A stretch of 64,000 nt of DNA, taken from Promethearchaeota archaeon (lineage in GTDB: Archaea; Asgardarchaeota; Lokiarchaeia; Sigyniarchaeales; SOKP01). The position numbers were made by a program, and so were the translations under genes. The notes beneath the pieces are model-generated. The model was given only the letters and a program-made list of their open reading frames with translations, made no database searches and was not told where the DNA came from. Positions 48,362-59,211 of this stretch are shown here, piece by piece; the first letter of the stretch is position 1, and each line of letters begins with the position of its first letter. The DNA is taken from the NCBI GenBank assembly GCA_016839555.1, contig JAEOUA010000008.1:32001-96000 (forward strand), written 5' to 3'.

Positions 48362-48907
48362 TTAATTGTTTAAAATTATTTCTTGAGAAAAAAAATTAGA
48401 TCTTTCAATAGTTCCTCTAATAGGACACATTTTTTCAGCTCGCTTTATTATTTTTTTTATTTTAGAAAGAGGTACTTCTGTTTTAATAAACCACTTAAAA
48501 TGAAAATCGTTTAATCCAGGAGGTTCCCTATTTTTAGGATTAATTATACCACGCATGTCAAATTTAGCAGAAAGTTCTAACTTGACATGCTCTACATTTA
48601 ATTTCATTACCGTAAAAAACATAACAACTGAGAGTAAAGAACAAGTTGCTAGAGAAGAAATAAGCATTTGCATGGGATTAGGCGCCTTATTGGATCCACC
48701 TAATTCCTCTCCCTCATCACATTCGAGCTGAAAACCTTCAATTTTGTTTTTTACGTGTAAATTATCAATTTGTTCTGTTTCTACGATAAGTTGCTTAATA
48801 AAAAATTGGTCTCCCTCCTTACTATTACCTAATTCTTTAAATTTTTTCATTTGACCTAAATATGCTTTAATGGTTCCTTTTGAAATTAATAAATTCTCTT
48901 CTTTCAT
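48362..48907 (-). CDS. OsmC family protein
   Basis: DEGEELGGSNKAPNP, LATC, FDMRG, MCPI. Confidence 0.88.
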   Translation of the reverse strand: MKEENLLISKGTIKAYLGQMKKFKELGNSKEGDQFFIKQLIVETEQIDNLHVKNKIEGFQLECDEGEELGGSNKAPNPMQMLISSLATCSLLSVVMFFTVMKLNVEHVKLELSAKFDMRGIINPKNREPPGLNDFHFKWFIKTEVPLSKIKKIIKRAEKMCPIRGTIERSNFFSQEIILNN

Positions 48908-49193
48908 AAAAAATCCACTCCAATGAATTTCCTCTGAGAATAATTAATAATATGCATATTTCTTATTTAAATCTATTTATATTCTCGTTCTAATAAGAAT
49001 TAAGGATAAATTAGTCAGATTATCAAAATTCAGCTCTAAAATTCCTTAATTTTTTTTCCTTTTAATTAATTCACTCATATTTATTGAAAACACTACATCC
49101 CCTATTTTTTATTTCAAATGTCTTTAGTTAAGTAAATGCTATTCATAAAATATTATGATAAGTTTAAAATAATAATAATCTATTAAAAAAAAT

Positions 49194-50534
49194 ATGGAGA
49201 TTCATATAATCGGTAATAATGTAGCGGGCACTTTTACTGCACAGAATATTCGAAAACAAAATAAAGACGTAGAAATTCATATTTATTCGGAAGAGAATTA
49301 TAATTATTACACTAGGGTTAAACTCCCCGAAATAATCTCCGAAAAAAGGGATATTGACGATTTAATAGTTTTTAAGGAGGAATGGTACGAAAATAATCAG
49401 ATTAAAACTCATTTGAATACTAAAATAAAAAGTATCAATCCTGATATAAAATATATGGTAGTTAATGAGTCCGAAGAGCAAATTTCTTATAATAAGTTGA
49501 TTCTTGCAGTTGGTTCTCACCCAAACGAGCCTCCTATAAATAATGCAAGAGAGCGGTTGGGTAATGGAGTTTTTACCTTAAGAAATATTAATGATGCATT
49601 AAAAATTCGCCGATTTATAAAAGAGAATAATTGTAAAAAAGCAATTATAATCGGAGGAGGCCTCTTAGGATTAGAATTATCAAAACAAATAAAAAATTGC
49701 GGTTTAGATACAAGAGTAGTCGAATTTTTTCCACGATTACTGCCTCGACAATTAGATATCGATTGTGCAAATATGCTTAAAAAAGAGGTAGAGGATATGG
49801 GGATAGAAATAGAATTAGATGCAAAAACTGAAAAAATTTTGGCTAATAATACAATAGAAGGTATATTATTAAAAAATGGCGATAAATATGAAGCAGACAT
49901 CATTTTTATACAAGCGGGTGTAAGGTCTAATATTGAACTCGCTAAAGAGGCGGAAATTAGCGTAAACAATGGGATAATAGTGAATAAATATCTGGAAACT
50001 AGTAAAAAAGATATATATGCTGTGGGGGATTGCATTGAATTTAATAATCAAACGTGGGGAATTATTCCAGCATGTATAGAACAAGCGGAAATTGTTGCCT
50101 CTTCAGTTTTAGGCAAAAATAAAAAAGAATATAAAGGAACTACTCCTAAAACAACCTTAAAAATTGTGGGAATTGATCTTACCTCCGTGGGAGTTTATGA
50201 TCCTGAAGAAGTCGGGGGAGGCTGGGAAATTTTAAAAAAAGCTGATAAATCGAGCAATTGTTATCAAAAAATTGTTTTAAAAGATAATAAACTCAAGGGG
50301 GCGATTCTTTTTGGGAAAAAAGATGGGGTGTCTTTTGTAAATAAAAATATTGAATCAGAAGTATCCATAGAAGATATTAGAAAAGCTATTGATGCTTATA
50401 TTTATAAATGTGAAAATTGCGGTGCGGAGTATGATGAGGTTAAAAAAGGTATTGCTTTTCAAGATTTACCAGAAAATTGGAAATGTCCTCAGTGCGGATC
50501 TCCCAAAAAGGAATTTAAAAAGATAGAGCAATAA
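49194..50534 (+). CDS. NAD(P)H:rubredoxin oxidoreductase with fused C-terminal rubredoxin
   Basis: [23 protein letters not shown]; C-terminal CENC...[14 protein letters not shown]. Confidence 0.9.
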   Translation: MEIHIIGNNVAGTFTAQNIRKQNKDVEIHIYSEENYNYYTRVKLPEIISEKRDIDDLIVFKEEWYENNQIKTHLNTKIKSINPDIKYMVVNESEEQISYNKLILAVGSHPNEPPINNARERLGNGVFTLRNINDALKIRRFIKENNCKKAIIIGGGLLGLELSKQIKNCGLDTRVVEFFPRLLPRQLDIDCANMLKKEVEDMGIEIELDAKTEKILANNTIEGILLKNGDKYEADIIFIQAGVRSNIELAKEAEISVNNGIIVNKYLETSKKDIYAVGDCIEFNNQTWGIIPACIEQAEIVASSVLGKNKKEYKGTTPKTTLKIVGIDLTSVGVYDPEEVGGGWEILKKADKSSNCYQKIVLKDNKLKGAILFGKKDGVSFVNKNIESEVSIEDIRKAIDAYIYKCENCGAEYDEVKKGIAFQDLPENWKCPQCGSPKKEFKKIEQ

Positions 50535-50815
50535 TAGAGTAATTTAATTATTCTATATTTATGAATAACGCTGTATTCTATTTGTAATCTAAAAAAAGAA
50601 TTTATTTTTTATTTTATTCTATTTTTCTTATTAGAGCGATATCAATCAGAAGATAAAATAAATAGATCGTTTGTTTTTCATTTCTTATTAAAATATGATA
50701 ATCTTTTATTTTTTATTATGAATAAATTTAAAACATTTACAAAAAAATTACATATATAGATTGAAATTTCAATATTCATATAATATAAAAAAAATCAAAA
50801 GAGATTGTAATAAAC

Positions 50816-52054
50816 ATGAAGGCTATACAATTAGCTGAGGGTATTCATTGGATAGGAGCCAATATTTCAACAAATGATCTTTTTGAAGGAATATGGCCGA
50901 TCCCAGATGGAGTGACTCTTAATTCTTATCTTGTTCAAGGTGATAAACTTGCTGTAATTGATTTAGTAAGAGATTGGGGTGGTGCGCCCACTTATCTACT
51001 ATCTCAAATGGAATCTGTAGGTGTTAAACCAAAGGACATTGATTATGTGATTTTAAATCATTTAGAACCGGATCATACAGGTTGGTTGGATATGATCCAC
51101 TTGATTTCAGGAGAAGCGAAAATCCTTACTACCGAAAAAGGAGCGGAAATGGCGAAAGCATTGTATAAAGTAAAAGATGAAGATATTAATATCGTGAAGT
51201 CAGGGGATACGTTGGATTTGGGTCAAGGAAAAATACTGGCTTTCGAAGAGATTCCTCATGTGCATTGGCCGGAAACAATGGTCACATATGAGACGAGCTC
51301 AAAGACTTTATTTTCTTGTGATGCATTTGGTTCTTTTGGCGCTCTGAAAGGCTCAATCTTCGATGATGAGGTTCCAAAAGCTGATTTTAAATATTATGAA
51401 GAAGAAACGCTCAGATATTATGCAAACATAGTAGGTCCCTTTTCTGGTCCAGTTTTAAAGGCATTAGAAAAAGTAGATTCACTAGAAATCAATACAATTG
51501 CGCCCTCCCACGGACTCATCTGGCGCAAAGAACCCCAATATATTATTGAACAATACCGTGCGTATGCAAATTATAGCAAAAATTATGCGGAGCCAGAAAT
51601 AACTTTTATATGGGGAAGTATGTATGGAAATACAGAACATATGGTCCGTGCTGTATTAAAAGGTATAGCGAAAGAAGAAGTTCCAGTACATATTTTCCAT
51701 GTTCCCGAAGATGATGTGTCTTATATTTTAGGTCAAGCGTGGAAAAGCGCGGGTTTAGTGTTTGGAATGCCCACCTATGAATATAAAATGTTTCCGCCTA
51801 TGCGATATGTGGTCGACCTATTGGCTCAAAAACAAGCTCGGTATAAAAAAGTTCTTAGATTCGGCTCATTTGGATGGAGTGGAGGTGCGGAACGGGAGTT
51901 TACAGAGAAGATTGAACGGTTAAATTGGGACTTGCTTGAGTCTTTCGATTTTAAAGGCGCACCCACTGAAGAGGATTTAAATAAAGGAATTCAATTAGGT
52001 CAAGAATTAGCAAAACAAGTAAAAACAATCCCAAGAAAATTTAATCCAAAATAA
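50816..52054 (+). CDS. fprA: Flavodiiron protein (O2/NO reductase)
   Basis: NHLEPDH, HWPETM, SCDAFG, PSHG, SMYGNT, FGSFGWSG. Confidence 0.95.
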   Translation: MKAIQLAEGIHWIGANISTNDLFEGIWPIPDGVTLNSYLVQGDKLAVIDLVRDWGGAPTYLLSQMESVGVKPKDIDYVILNHLEPDHTGWLDMIHLISGEAKILTTEKGAEMAKALYKVKDEDINIVKSGDTLDLGQGKILAFEEIPHVHWPETMVTYETSSKTLFSCDAFGSFGALKGSIFDDEVPKADFKYYEEETLRYYANIVGPFSGPVLKALEKVDSLEINTIAPSHGLIWRKEPQYIIEQYRAYANYSKNYAEPEITFIWGSMYGNTEHMVRAVLKGIAKEEVPVHIFHVPEDDVSYILGQAWKSAGLVFGMPTYEYKMFPPMRYVVDLLAQKQARYKKVLRFGSFGWSGGAEREFTEKIERLNWDLLESFDFKGAPTEEDLNKGIQLGQELAKQVKTIPRKFNPK

Positions 52055-52112
52055 AAAATCTACCTAAATAGTTAAATTTATACTGATTTATTCTTTTTTT
52101 ATTTTTTTTCAA

Positions 52113-52578
52113 TTAGCTTAGCTTCATAGTAGAATTGTTTAATTCTCTATTAAATTTGCGACGGCAAATTGAGTTACAGAATATTTCTATTTTTGTATCT
52201 AACCAAAGTAGCTTCAACTCATCAATTTTCAGATAATTATGTATTTTAGCATAAGAATAGATATCAATTTCTTTTTTGCAGTAATTGCATTGTCGAGTTT
52301 TCAGCTGCAATTCAATCTCATGTAGCTCATTATTTTTTAACGATTTAAAGCAATCACAGCAGTGAAATTCTAAGATGGGAGACTCCCATAAGATAAAAAT
52401 TTGTTGAGCGGAATATTCAATATTATCGCTTAAAAAATCATAAACATTCAGCTCTTTTCCGCATTGCCAGCACGTTCGCTTCTTAAAATTTTTTGTAGAT
52501 TTAATAAATTCTCTTAATTGATGGATTTTATCCCACAGTTCATGGTTATTTAATTTTCGGAAAAAAATATTTTGCCAT
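52113..52578 (-). CDS. Cys-rich duplicated-domain protein (~154 aa) with a frameshift in a T7 run near the start
   Basis: Frame of ORF 52113..52310 stays open to 52577 (CWQC, HCCDC, CNYC, FCNSIC); ATG at 52578 joins it if one T is removed from TATTTTTTTCC (MAKYFFRKLNN...). Confidence 0.65.
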
Positions 52579-52666
52579 CACTTCTTAACCCTTTTATATC
52601 ATATAAAAATATATAAGATTATTTTTACTAACCCATTAATTTTAGTTTGGAAACTGTTTTAAAGCA

Positions 52667-53218
52667 TTATTTACTGTGAGATTTTATATATCTTGCCGCG
52701 TCTAAAAAATTATTAGCAACAAAAGTGGGCTTTATCTTTTTCTCCTTCAATTCTTTTGCATGCTTATTTCCATGCCCCGTGAGTAGATAGATTGTTTTTA
52801 ATCCCCCATTAACACCCAAGAGAATATCTGATGGATGATCCCCAATTACCCATGAGTTATTCAAGTCAATAATATAGAGAGAAAGAATTTCTTTAATAAA
52901 TTTTGTTTTAGGCTTCCTACAGTCGCAATTATCCTCCTTTTTATGGGGACAAAAATAGGTTTTTTCAATCGTTATGCCTTTTTTTTTAAGTACTGAAGTG
53001 AGATGGTTATTGAATTTCCAGAAATCTTCAATGCTGTAATAGTCTTTTCCAATCCCAGATTGATTTGTAATAATAAAAAATAAGTAATCATTTTTTAAGA
53101 GAGTCAACCCTTCAATGATTCCAGGTAAAAGTTCAAAATCATCAATTTTATGTACATAACCTCTATCTTTATTTAAGGTACCATCTCTATCGAGAATAAT
53201 TGCTTTGTATTTGCTCAT
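52667..53218 (-). CDS. gmhB: D-glycero-D-manno-heptose-1,7-bisphosphate phosphatase-like HAD-IIIA
   Basis: LDRDGTLN, TNQSGIG, CPH...CDCRKP, IGDHPSD. Confidence 0.85.
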   Translation of the reverse strand: MSKYKAIILDRDGTLNKDRGYVHKIDDFELLPGIIEGLTLLKNDYLFFIITNQSGIGKDYYSIEDFWKFNNHLTSVLKKKGITIEKTYFCPHKKEDNCDCRKPKTKFIKEILSLYIIDLNNSWVIGDHPSDILLGVNGGLKTIYLLTGHGNKHAKELKEKKIKPTFVANNFLDAARYIKSHSK

Positions 53219-53396
53219 ATTTATAAAATCTTTGAAAGAATTCTAATATTAGTTTTATGTTAGTTTCATTAAAGAAGGAAGGTAATTAGAAAAAATTTGC
53301 TATTAATTTATCAAGATAAAGATAACCGTATATAAATTTAAATAAATGAAAATAATAATATGAAATATAAAAACAAAAACAAATTAAAATATAAAA

Positions 53397-54578
53397 TTGG
53401 TAGAGATTAATCCAGTAGATTTTCCTTTTTATGATGAGGAAATTTTTAACTTTATGGTTAGACATTTCATTCCAATACAAAAATTTGACATTTTATACAG
53501 TATTACTCCAAATAATGATAAGATATTGTGTACTTTTCTTGCTAAAGGAAAATATGCACAACAAGAGGTTGATAGAATAATCAAGTATCAATGGATCACT
53601 CCAGTCTATATTACAAGATTTGGTATAGCTTACAGAAATCATTTAATGAATTATAATTTTTTTTATTGGAATGAAATTCCAAGAATTAAATTCAAGAAAA
53701 AGAAAATAATCATAAAACGGGAAAAATTTAGACCTATTTACAAAATTAAGAGAATTTCTTCCACTATAGAAGAGTTTGAAAAAATAAAGTATTATTTTAG
53801 TAATTTTTGCAAACTTCTTTATAATAGTTTTGACAAATTAATACTAATTATGAATAGATGTACTAAAGATCTTGATTTAATTCAACAAATACTTGATAAG
53901 AAATCACTTAATGGATTTCTTGAAGATTGCCGTATTTATTATAATGCTGGCAATAAAGTTAATGCTTTAACAATCTTAAAAAATTCCTACCAATTTATAT
54001 CAGACGAAAATGAAAAAATAGATTTACTATTCTTAATTGCTCTACTTCATAAAACAGATCGGAATTATAAAAGTGCAATAACTGCTTATGATAATATTTT
54101 AAAGCTTAATCCCCATAATCAGAAAGCAATAGAAGAAAGAAGTTATAATTATTATGCTCAATTATACTATCAAATAGAACCAAAAATAAGGAAAAGAGCA
54201 AAAAATTCTCATAAAGATGCATTAAAAAATGTGATAAAGGGAGCAGATTTAGAAAAAAAAGGGAAAAAGGCTAAAGCTAAGAAGATTTATGATAAATCTC
54301 TTGAATATTTCAATACAGCTAGTGATTATGATCCATATAATATTAATATATGGGAAGATAAAAAAGATTTTTTAGAATTTTTGGGAAAATCTGATGAAGC
54401 TAAAAAATGCCAAGAAGAGAAAAGAAAATATGAACCTCCTGAAGGCTATTCATTTTTAAACTTTATCCCTGAAGATTTTGATCAAAATAAATATGAAAGT
54501 GATTTAAGAGAGTACAAAATATTGAAATATACGTTTCAGAAAGCAATTCTTCTCATCTCTGAAGAGGATTCAATTTAA
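53397..54578 (+). CDS. TPR-containing protein
   Basis: YKSAITAYDNILKLNP, YDKSLEYF...DPYN..IW..K..FLEFLGK..EA. Confidence 0.75.
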   Translation: MVEINPVDFPFYDEEIFNFMVRHFIPIQKFDILYSITPNNDKILCTFLAKGKYAQQEVDRIIKYQWITPVYITRFGIAYRNHLMNYNFFYWNEIPRIKFKKKKIIIKREKFRPIYKIKRISSTIEEFEKIKYYFSNFCKLLYNSFDKLILIMNRCTKDLDLIQQILDKKSLNGFLEDCRIYYNAGNKVNALTILKNSYQFISDENEKIDLLFLIALLHKTDRNYKSAITAYDNILKLNPHNQKAIEERSYNYYAQLYYQIEPKIRKRAKNSHKDALKNVIKGADLEKKGKKAKAKKIYDKSLEYFNTASDYDPYNINIWEDKKDFLEFLGKSDEAKKCQEEKRKYEPPEGYSFLNFIPEDFDQNKYESDLREYKILKYTFQKAILLISEEDSI

Positions 54579-54662
54579 AGATAATTGAATATTAAAAATA
54601 AAAAAAAATAAGTATTAAAAAAAAATTTTAAAGATTTATTAAAAATTAAGGATATTATAAAA

Positions 54663-54965
54663 TTAGTCTCCGATAAGTTCTTTAACTTCCTTGCCGCCAT
54701 CTTCTAATTCTTCCTTTTGTTGTTTGTCTAGCTTTAGCAAGAGATATTGAAACTCTCCTACATGTTCTTTTTCTTCTTTTGCTACAGCCAATAACACCAT
54801 TTTTAGGTGTTTATTGTCTGTCATATCAGCCATTTGTTCATAAAGGTTAATAGCATCAAGTTCGGCAAGGAGTCCTGCCCTTAAAATCTGTTTATCCAAA
54901 TTTTCTTTTTTCACATTTTTTAGATCTATAGGAATTTGTGCTAATGTCATTTTAAATTTCACCAA
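54663..54965 (-). CDS. Short ferritin-like protein (encapsulated ferritin/Flp type)
   Basis: AELDAINLYEQ, EEKEHVGEF. Confidence 0.85.
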   Translation of the reverse strand: MVKFKMTLAQIPIDLKNVKKENLDKQILRAGLLAELDAINLYEQMADMTDNKHLKMVLLAVAKEEKEHVGEFQYLLLKLDKQQKEELEDGGKEVKELIGD

Positions 54966-55232
54966 TATTTTAATTATTCATTTATAACTATAAATAGAAA
55001 TTATTTAGTTATTTAAAAAATTGTTGATTGAAATTTATTTACTATGGTTTGAAAACTCTTATATTCATATTAAATTCATATATCATTTCCTCACTGATTC
55101 CCTTGAATACAAATAAATTATTACAAATATTTTTAAAAAGAATCTAATAAGTTCTTAAATACGAGAGAATTTCTTTTATTTAATTCTATCTCAAAAAATA
55201 ATAGAATAAAAAATTAGAGGTTTCGAAAAAAA

Positions 55233-55616
55233 ATGTTAGATTATAACGAACTATATCAAACTGCAGATTGGAAAAAAGAAAAACACGTGCCAGTAATTGA
55301 TGTGGCAACTAAAGGTGATATTGTTACAATAAGACTTCATGTAGGAGAGCAAATCGGTCATCCTAACACAACTGAACATCATATAAGATGGATTAAAGCC
55401 TTATTTTTACCTGATGGAGAAAAATACCCTTATGAAGTTGGAAAATGCGAATTTAATGCTCACGGAGAATCTATTGAAGGTCCTAATACATCAACGGTAT
55501 ATTGCGAGCCAGAAGCAACCCTAAGATTCAAAACAGAAAAATCTGGAACAATAATAGCATTAAGCTACTGCAATATCCACGGATTATGGCGAAATGAAAA
55601 AACTATTAAAATGTAA
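55233..55616 (+). CDS. Superoxide reductase (neelaredoxin-type)
   Basis: EKHVP, HPNTTEHHIRWI, YCNIHGLW. Confidence 0.93.
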   Translation: MLDYNELYQTADWKKEKHVPVIDVATKGDIVTIRLHVGEQIGHPNTTEHHIRWIKALFLPDGEKYPYEVGKCEFNAHGESIEGPNTSTVYCEPEATLRFKTEKSGTIIALSYCNIHGLWRNEKTIKM

Positions 55617-55761
55617 TTATATTATTTCCAATCTATTATCCTTTTTTTTTAATTTATTCTTTTTTGATTTTTTTAAATATTAAGCTTGCTTCTGAAGGAG
55701 ATAAGTTTAATTTATCTCTGAATAATTGTAAATAAAGAATAAAAAATTAAAATTATTAATT

Positions 55762-56400
55762 TTAACTTACTTCTTCTGCTAATTTTTTAATGTGTTTAAC
55801 ACCATCTACCGCATCTTCAGCAAAATCGTCTGCCCCTAATTGTTTCGCTAATTGCATATTTAAAGGAGCACCTCCCACAATTAATTTCACCTTATCCCTT
55901 AATCCTTCTTTTTTTAAGGCTTCATGGACTGCTTGAATTTGCTCCACAGTCATAGTTAGTAAAGAACTTAGGGCTACGATGCGTGCCCCGGACTCCTTTA
56001 CTTCCTTGATTATTTTATCTTCATCTACATCCATTCCTAAGTCATGAATCTCAAAACCAGAACTTAAAAGTAGAGAGGCTAAGATATTTTTTCCAATATC
56101 GTGATTATCTCCCTTTACCGTCGCAACGATTATCTTTGTTTTATTTTCTGCCTTTTCCGTGGCAGCTAGAGCAGGTTGAAGTATCTCGAAGGCTTCCTTC
56201 ATTGTTTCTCCCGCTAATACTAATTCGGTTAGATAATATTCTTTTTCCTCATACCGTCGACCAACCTCATCCATCCCTTTAGTCAAGGCATTCAATACCT
56301 CAAAAGGATCCTTGTCCTCATTTAACGCCTCTCGAACGGCATCTTGAATATCATCAACTTCAAGTTCAATAACTAACTCTGTTAATTTTTCAAACTCCAT
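55762..56400 (-). CDS. Corrinoid (B12-binding) protein
   Basis: TVKGDNHDIGKN, LSSLLT, IVGGAP. Confidence 0.95.
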   Translation of the reverse strand: MEFEKLTELVIELEVDDIQDAVREALNEDKDPFEVLNALTKGMDEVGRRYEEKEYYLTELVLAGETMKEAFEILQPALAATEKAENKTKIIVATVKGDNHDIGKNILASLLLSSGFEIHDLGMDVDEDKIIKEVKESGARIVALSSLLTMTVEQIQAVHEALKKEGLRDKVKLIVGGAPLNMQLAKQLGADDFAEDAVDGVKHIKKLAEEVS

Positions 56401-56585
56401 AAAAATGTCTATCTCAATTTTTCATTATAAAATAAATTTTCATTAATTAATTTAATTAATTTAGTCTAATTAATTAATAAATCTTATTTTCTCTTCTCCT
56501 AATATTGAAATTATAAAATAGATTGATCCGTAATTTATTCTTAATATTAGGATAATAATATGTCTGTTCTTATGAGTCAATATTC

Positions 56586-56714
56586 AAAAAAAAAAGAAAG
56601 AGAAAAACGGGAATCGCAAAATAAGTTAAGATCATACGATAAAATTAGGTTTTACCATATTTTAATTAGGAATTAGGGGATATTAAACAATCACGATTCC
56701 ACGACTTTCTCTCT
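56586..56714 (-). ncRNA. Candidate ~125-nt structured small RNA
   Basis: TTTAAATA (56746-39) 25 nt upstream; terminal ~20-bp stem GAGAAAGUCGUGGAAUCGUGA / UUGCGAUUCCCGUUUUUCUC with G-U wobbles; ends in U10. Confidence 0.5.
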
Positions 56715-57031
56715 ATGTAAATACTATAGTGACTCTTTTATTTAAATGCTTCGTATTAAAACTATTAAATTCTGAAAACTATAGAGAAGTGAGAGAATAG
56801 AAAGGAGGCATTTTTCGCTAACATCATAGCTGAACAAAAAATGGGAGTCTTTATTTTCCTATATAGAGGGAGTAAAATTTAATAAGCAAGAGGGTTCTAA
56901 TTCAAATTTAACTCACATTGAATATATATTGGAAAAAGGTGAAAATTTTCATTCAAGCATAGAAATTTTCCCATACATATTTGAAAATGAGATTTATTTG
57001 GAGGAGATATTTATGAATCTATTTTTACTAC

Positions 57032-58012
57032 TTATTCTATTTTAATAGTCATTAAATCTTGAGCCAAAAATGTATTAGGAAAGATAGCTCTCGCCTCTTC
57101 CAAAAGTTTTTGAGCTTCTTCTTGATATCGAGCGGAAATATGGGTTAATATCAGCTTTTTCGCATTCATCTTTACAGCATCATGGGCAGCATCAACAGAA
57201 GTAGAGTGTAGTTTTTCATTGGCTATATCAGATAGCTTTTTTGCGAAGGTAGATTCATGAATAAGAAGATCTGAGTCTTTTCCAAGTTCGATAAGTGATT
57301 GACAAGGTGCAGTGTCTCCAGAATAGGTGATTTTCCTTCCAGGACGTTCATTATCAACGATGCCCTCTTTAATTGGATTAATTATTCTACCTTGATATTT
57401 AATTGATTTGCCGGTCTGAAGAGTTTTCCAAAGATTACTTTCAGGAATTCCGAGGTCCTGAGCCCTTTCAGGATGAAACTTTCCATAACGAGGTTTTTCT
57501 ACGAAAGCATATCCATAGGTAGTAATAGAATGTTTCATAAGTGCATATTTTAAAAAATAACGATTTTTTTCAAATATAACACCATTTTCAATATCTATTT
57601 TGTCTATAGGAGGTTCTGATTCTAGGCCATGATATTGAATTAATTGGTTGTTTTCATGGTCAATTTCATAAATAATTAAATTGTAATCGGTTCTCAAGCC
57701 CAGAATTTTTTTATGAAGATAGAGATAAAGAAATAAATTCCTTGGTCCAAAAATTCTTAATGATGCATTCCTCTCTATTAAAGCAAAGCGAAATAAGAGT
57801 CCAGGAAGTCCAATAATATGGTCTGCATGAAAATGAGTAATACAGATGATTAGAGATTTATTTAATTTTAATCCCGCCTCAATAAATCGACGTTGCGTAT
57901 CTTCTCCACAATCAAAAAGAATTAAATCGCCACGATATCTTAAACCTATAGCTGATAGATTTCTTTCACGGATAGGCGTGGCAGCTGAACTGCCCAAAAT
58001 CACTAATTCCAT
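57032..58012 (-). CDS. rnz: Ribonuclease Z
   Basis: ILGSSAATP, FDCGED, THFHADH, YSGDT, HESTF, HSTS, LTHISARY. Confidence 0.95.
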   Translation of the reverse strand: MELVILGSSAATPIRERNLSAIGLRYRGDLILFDCGEDTQRRFIEAGLKLNKSLIICITHFHADHIIGLPGLLFRFALIERNASLRIFGPRNLFLYLYLHKKILGLRTDYNLIIYEIDHENNQLIQYHGLESEPPIDKIDIENGVIFEKNRYFLKYALMKHSITTYGYAFVEKPRYGKFHPERAQDLGIPESNLWKTLQTGKSIKYQGRIINPIKEGIVDNERPGRKITYSGDTAPCQSLIELGKDSDLLIHESTFAKKLSDIANEKLHSTSVDAAHDAVKMNAKKLILTHISARYQEEAQKLLEEARAIFPNTFLAQDLMTIKIE

Positions 58013-58032
58013 TGGATTATCGGTACACTTTC

Positions 58033-59211
58033 TTATTTTTTTAACTCATAAATTTCAGTTCTCTGCTGATTAGTCAGTTTCTCGAGTTCTTTTATCATTC
58101 TTTTCAGTTCATTTAATCTTAGAGAATCCAATTTTGATATATCTGCTTCTTTAATAATTTTTTCTCGTTCATCTATCTGACTTTTCAATTGCTTCATTTT
58201 TTCGGATTTTGATTGTAATTCCTCCTTTAATTGAGCGATGCTATCATCTTGAGTGGTTTTAGTAGATACTGTTTCTTTTAACCTTTTAATTTCTGTCTGC
58301 AATTTATTAATTATTTGTTTACGTTTATTTAATTTATCTTGTAATTCTTTTGTAAGTTCCGTTATTCCAGGTGCTGGCAGGATCCTTTCCACAGGTTTAG
58401 GGGGGACTTCTGACAATTTTGCATCTAAGGTTGAAATTTTTTCTATGAGATTTTGAATTTGGTTATTTTTTTCTTCAATTTGTTCTTTAAGATCGGCATT
58501 TTCAGTTTTTAATTCATTAAGCTCTTTATTTTCAGTAGATTCTTTTACAGGAACTTCAGCTGCTTTATATTTATTAAGTGTTTCTTGTAAAGTTTTTACT
58601 TGCTGACGAGTTCGGTTTAATTTCATTTGTAATTCTTCAGTAAGGCTTTTAGTTATAACATTGGAAGAAGGTTCCATCTTGTTCTTACTCTCGATTTGTG
58701 CTTCTAATCCTTCTATTTTTTTATCTTTTTCTTTTAACTGCGCCTCATATTTTGTACTTGAAGCATAAGCACCTCCTTCTTGTTGCAATTGATTGATTAA
58801 TTGTTTTTGTTTATTAATTTTGTTCTGTAACTCCTTTATTAAAGCATCCATGGAGGGCATATCTTTCTTCAAATCTATTGTAGATTTCGAGGCTTCTTTT
58901 TCATTTTCCTTTTCTAATTCCTCTATTTTTTTTCGAAAAGATATATTTTCCTTTCGAAGAAAACCCATTTTGTCTTTTAATTCTCTATTTTTTTTTTCTC
59001 TATCTGCTAATTCAATTGATAATTTGGTTTCCTGGACTTTTTCAGAGTCAAATGAACCTTTTGATTCAGCCTCATCAATAAGTGATTCTAATTTTAAGAT
59101 ATTATCCTCAAGCAATTCAATACGATCTAAATAATTATTTATGGTTTCATCTTTTTCTTGTAATTTTTCTTTTAATTCTTTTAAATCTTTTTCTAAGGGG
59201 TTCTCTGCCAT
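58033..59211 (-). CDS. Coiled-coil protein with three internal repeats
   Basis: LIKELQNKINKQK / LTEELQMKLNRTR / LTKELQDKLNKRK. Confidence 0.75.
   Translation of the reverse strand: MAENPLEKDLKELKEKLQEKDETINNYLDRIELLEDNILKLESLIDEAESKGSFDSEKVQETKLSIELADREKKNRELKDKMGFLRKENISFRKKIEELEKENEKEASKSTIDLKKDMPSMDALIKELQNKINKQKQLINQLQQEGGAYASSTKYEAQLKEKDKKIEGLEAQIESKNKMEPSSNVITKSLTEELQMKLNRTRQQVKTLQETLNKYKAAEVPVKESTENKELNELKTENADLKEQIEEKNNQIQNLIEKISTLDAKLSEVPPKPVERILPAPGITELTKELQDKLNKRKQIINKLQTEIKRLKETVSTKTTQDDSIAQLKEELQSKSEKMKQLKSQIDEREKIIKEADISKLDSLRLNELKRMIKELEKLTNQQRTEIYELKK

Noticed and set aside
56830-57045. 71-codon plus-strand open frame (LNKKWESLFSY...)
   Set aside because: No good start or recognisable motif; overlaps the rnz stop; at most a gene remnant
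3181-59134. Numerous short tracked ORFs nested in or antisense to long genes (e.g. 5415..5747, 14175..14468, 16707..17171, 17504..17860, 45181..45567, 49517..50035, 58793..59134)
   Set aside because: Shadow frames of well-supported CDSs, with Ser/Phe/Ile-biased composition
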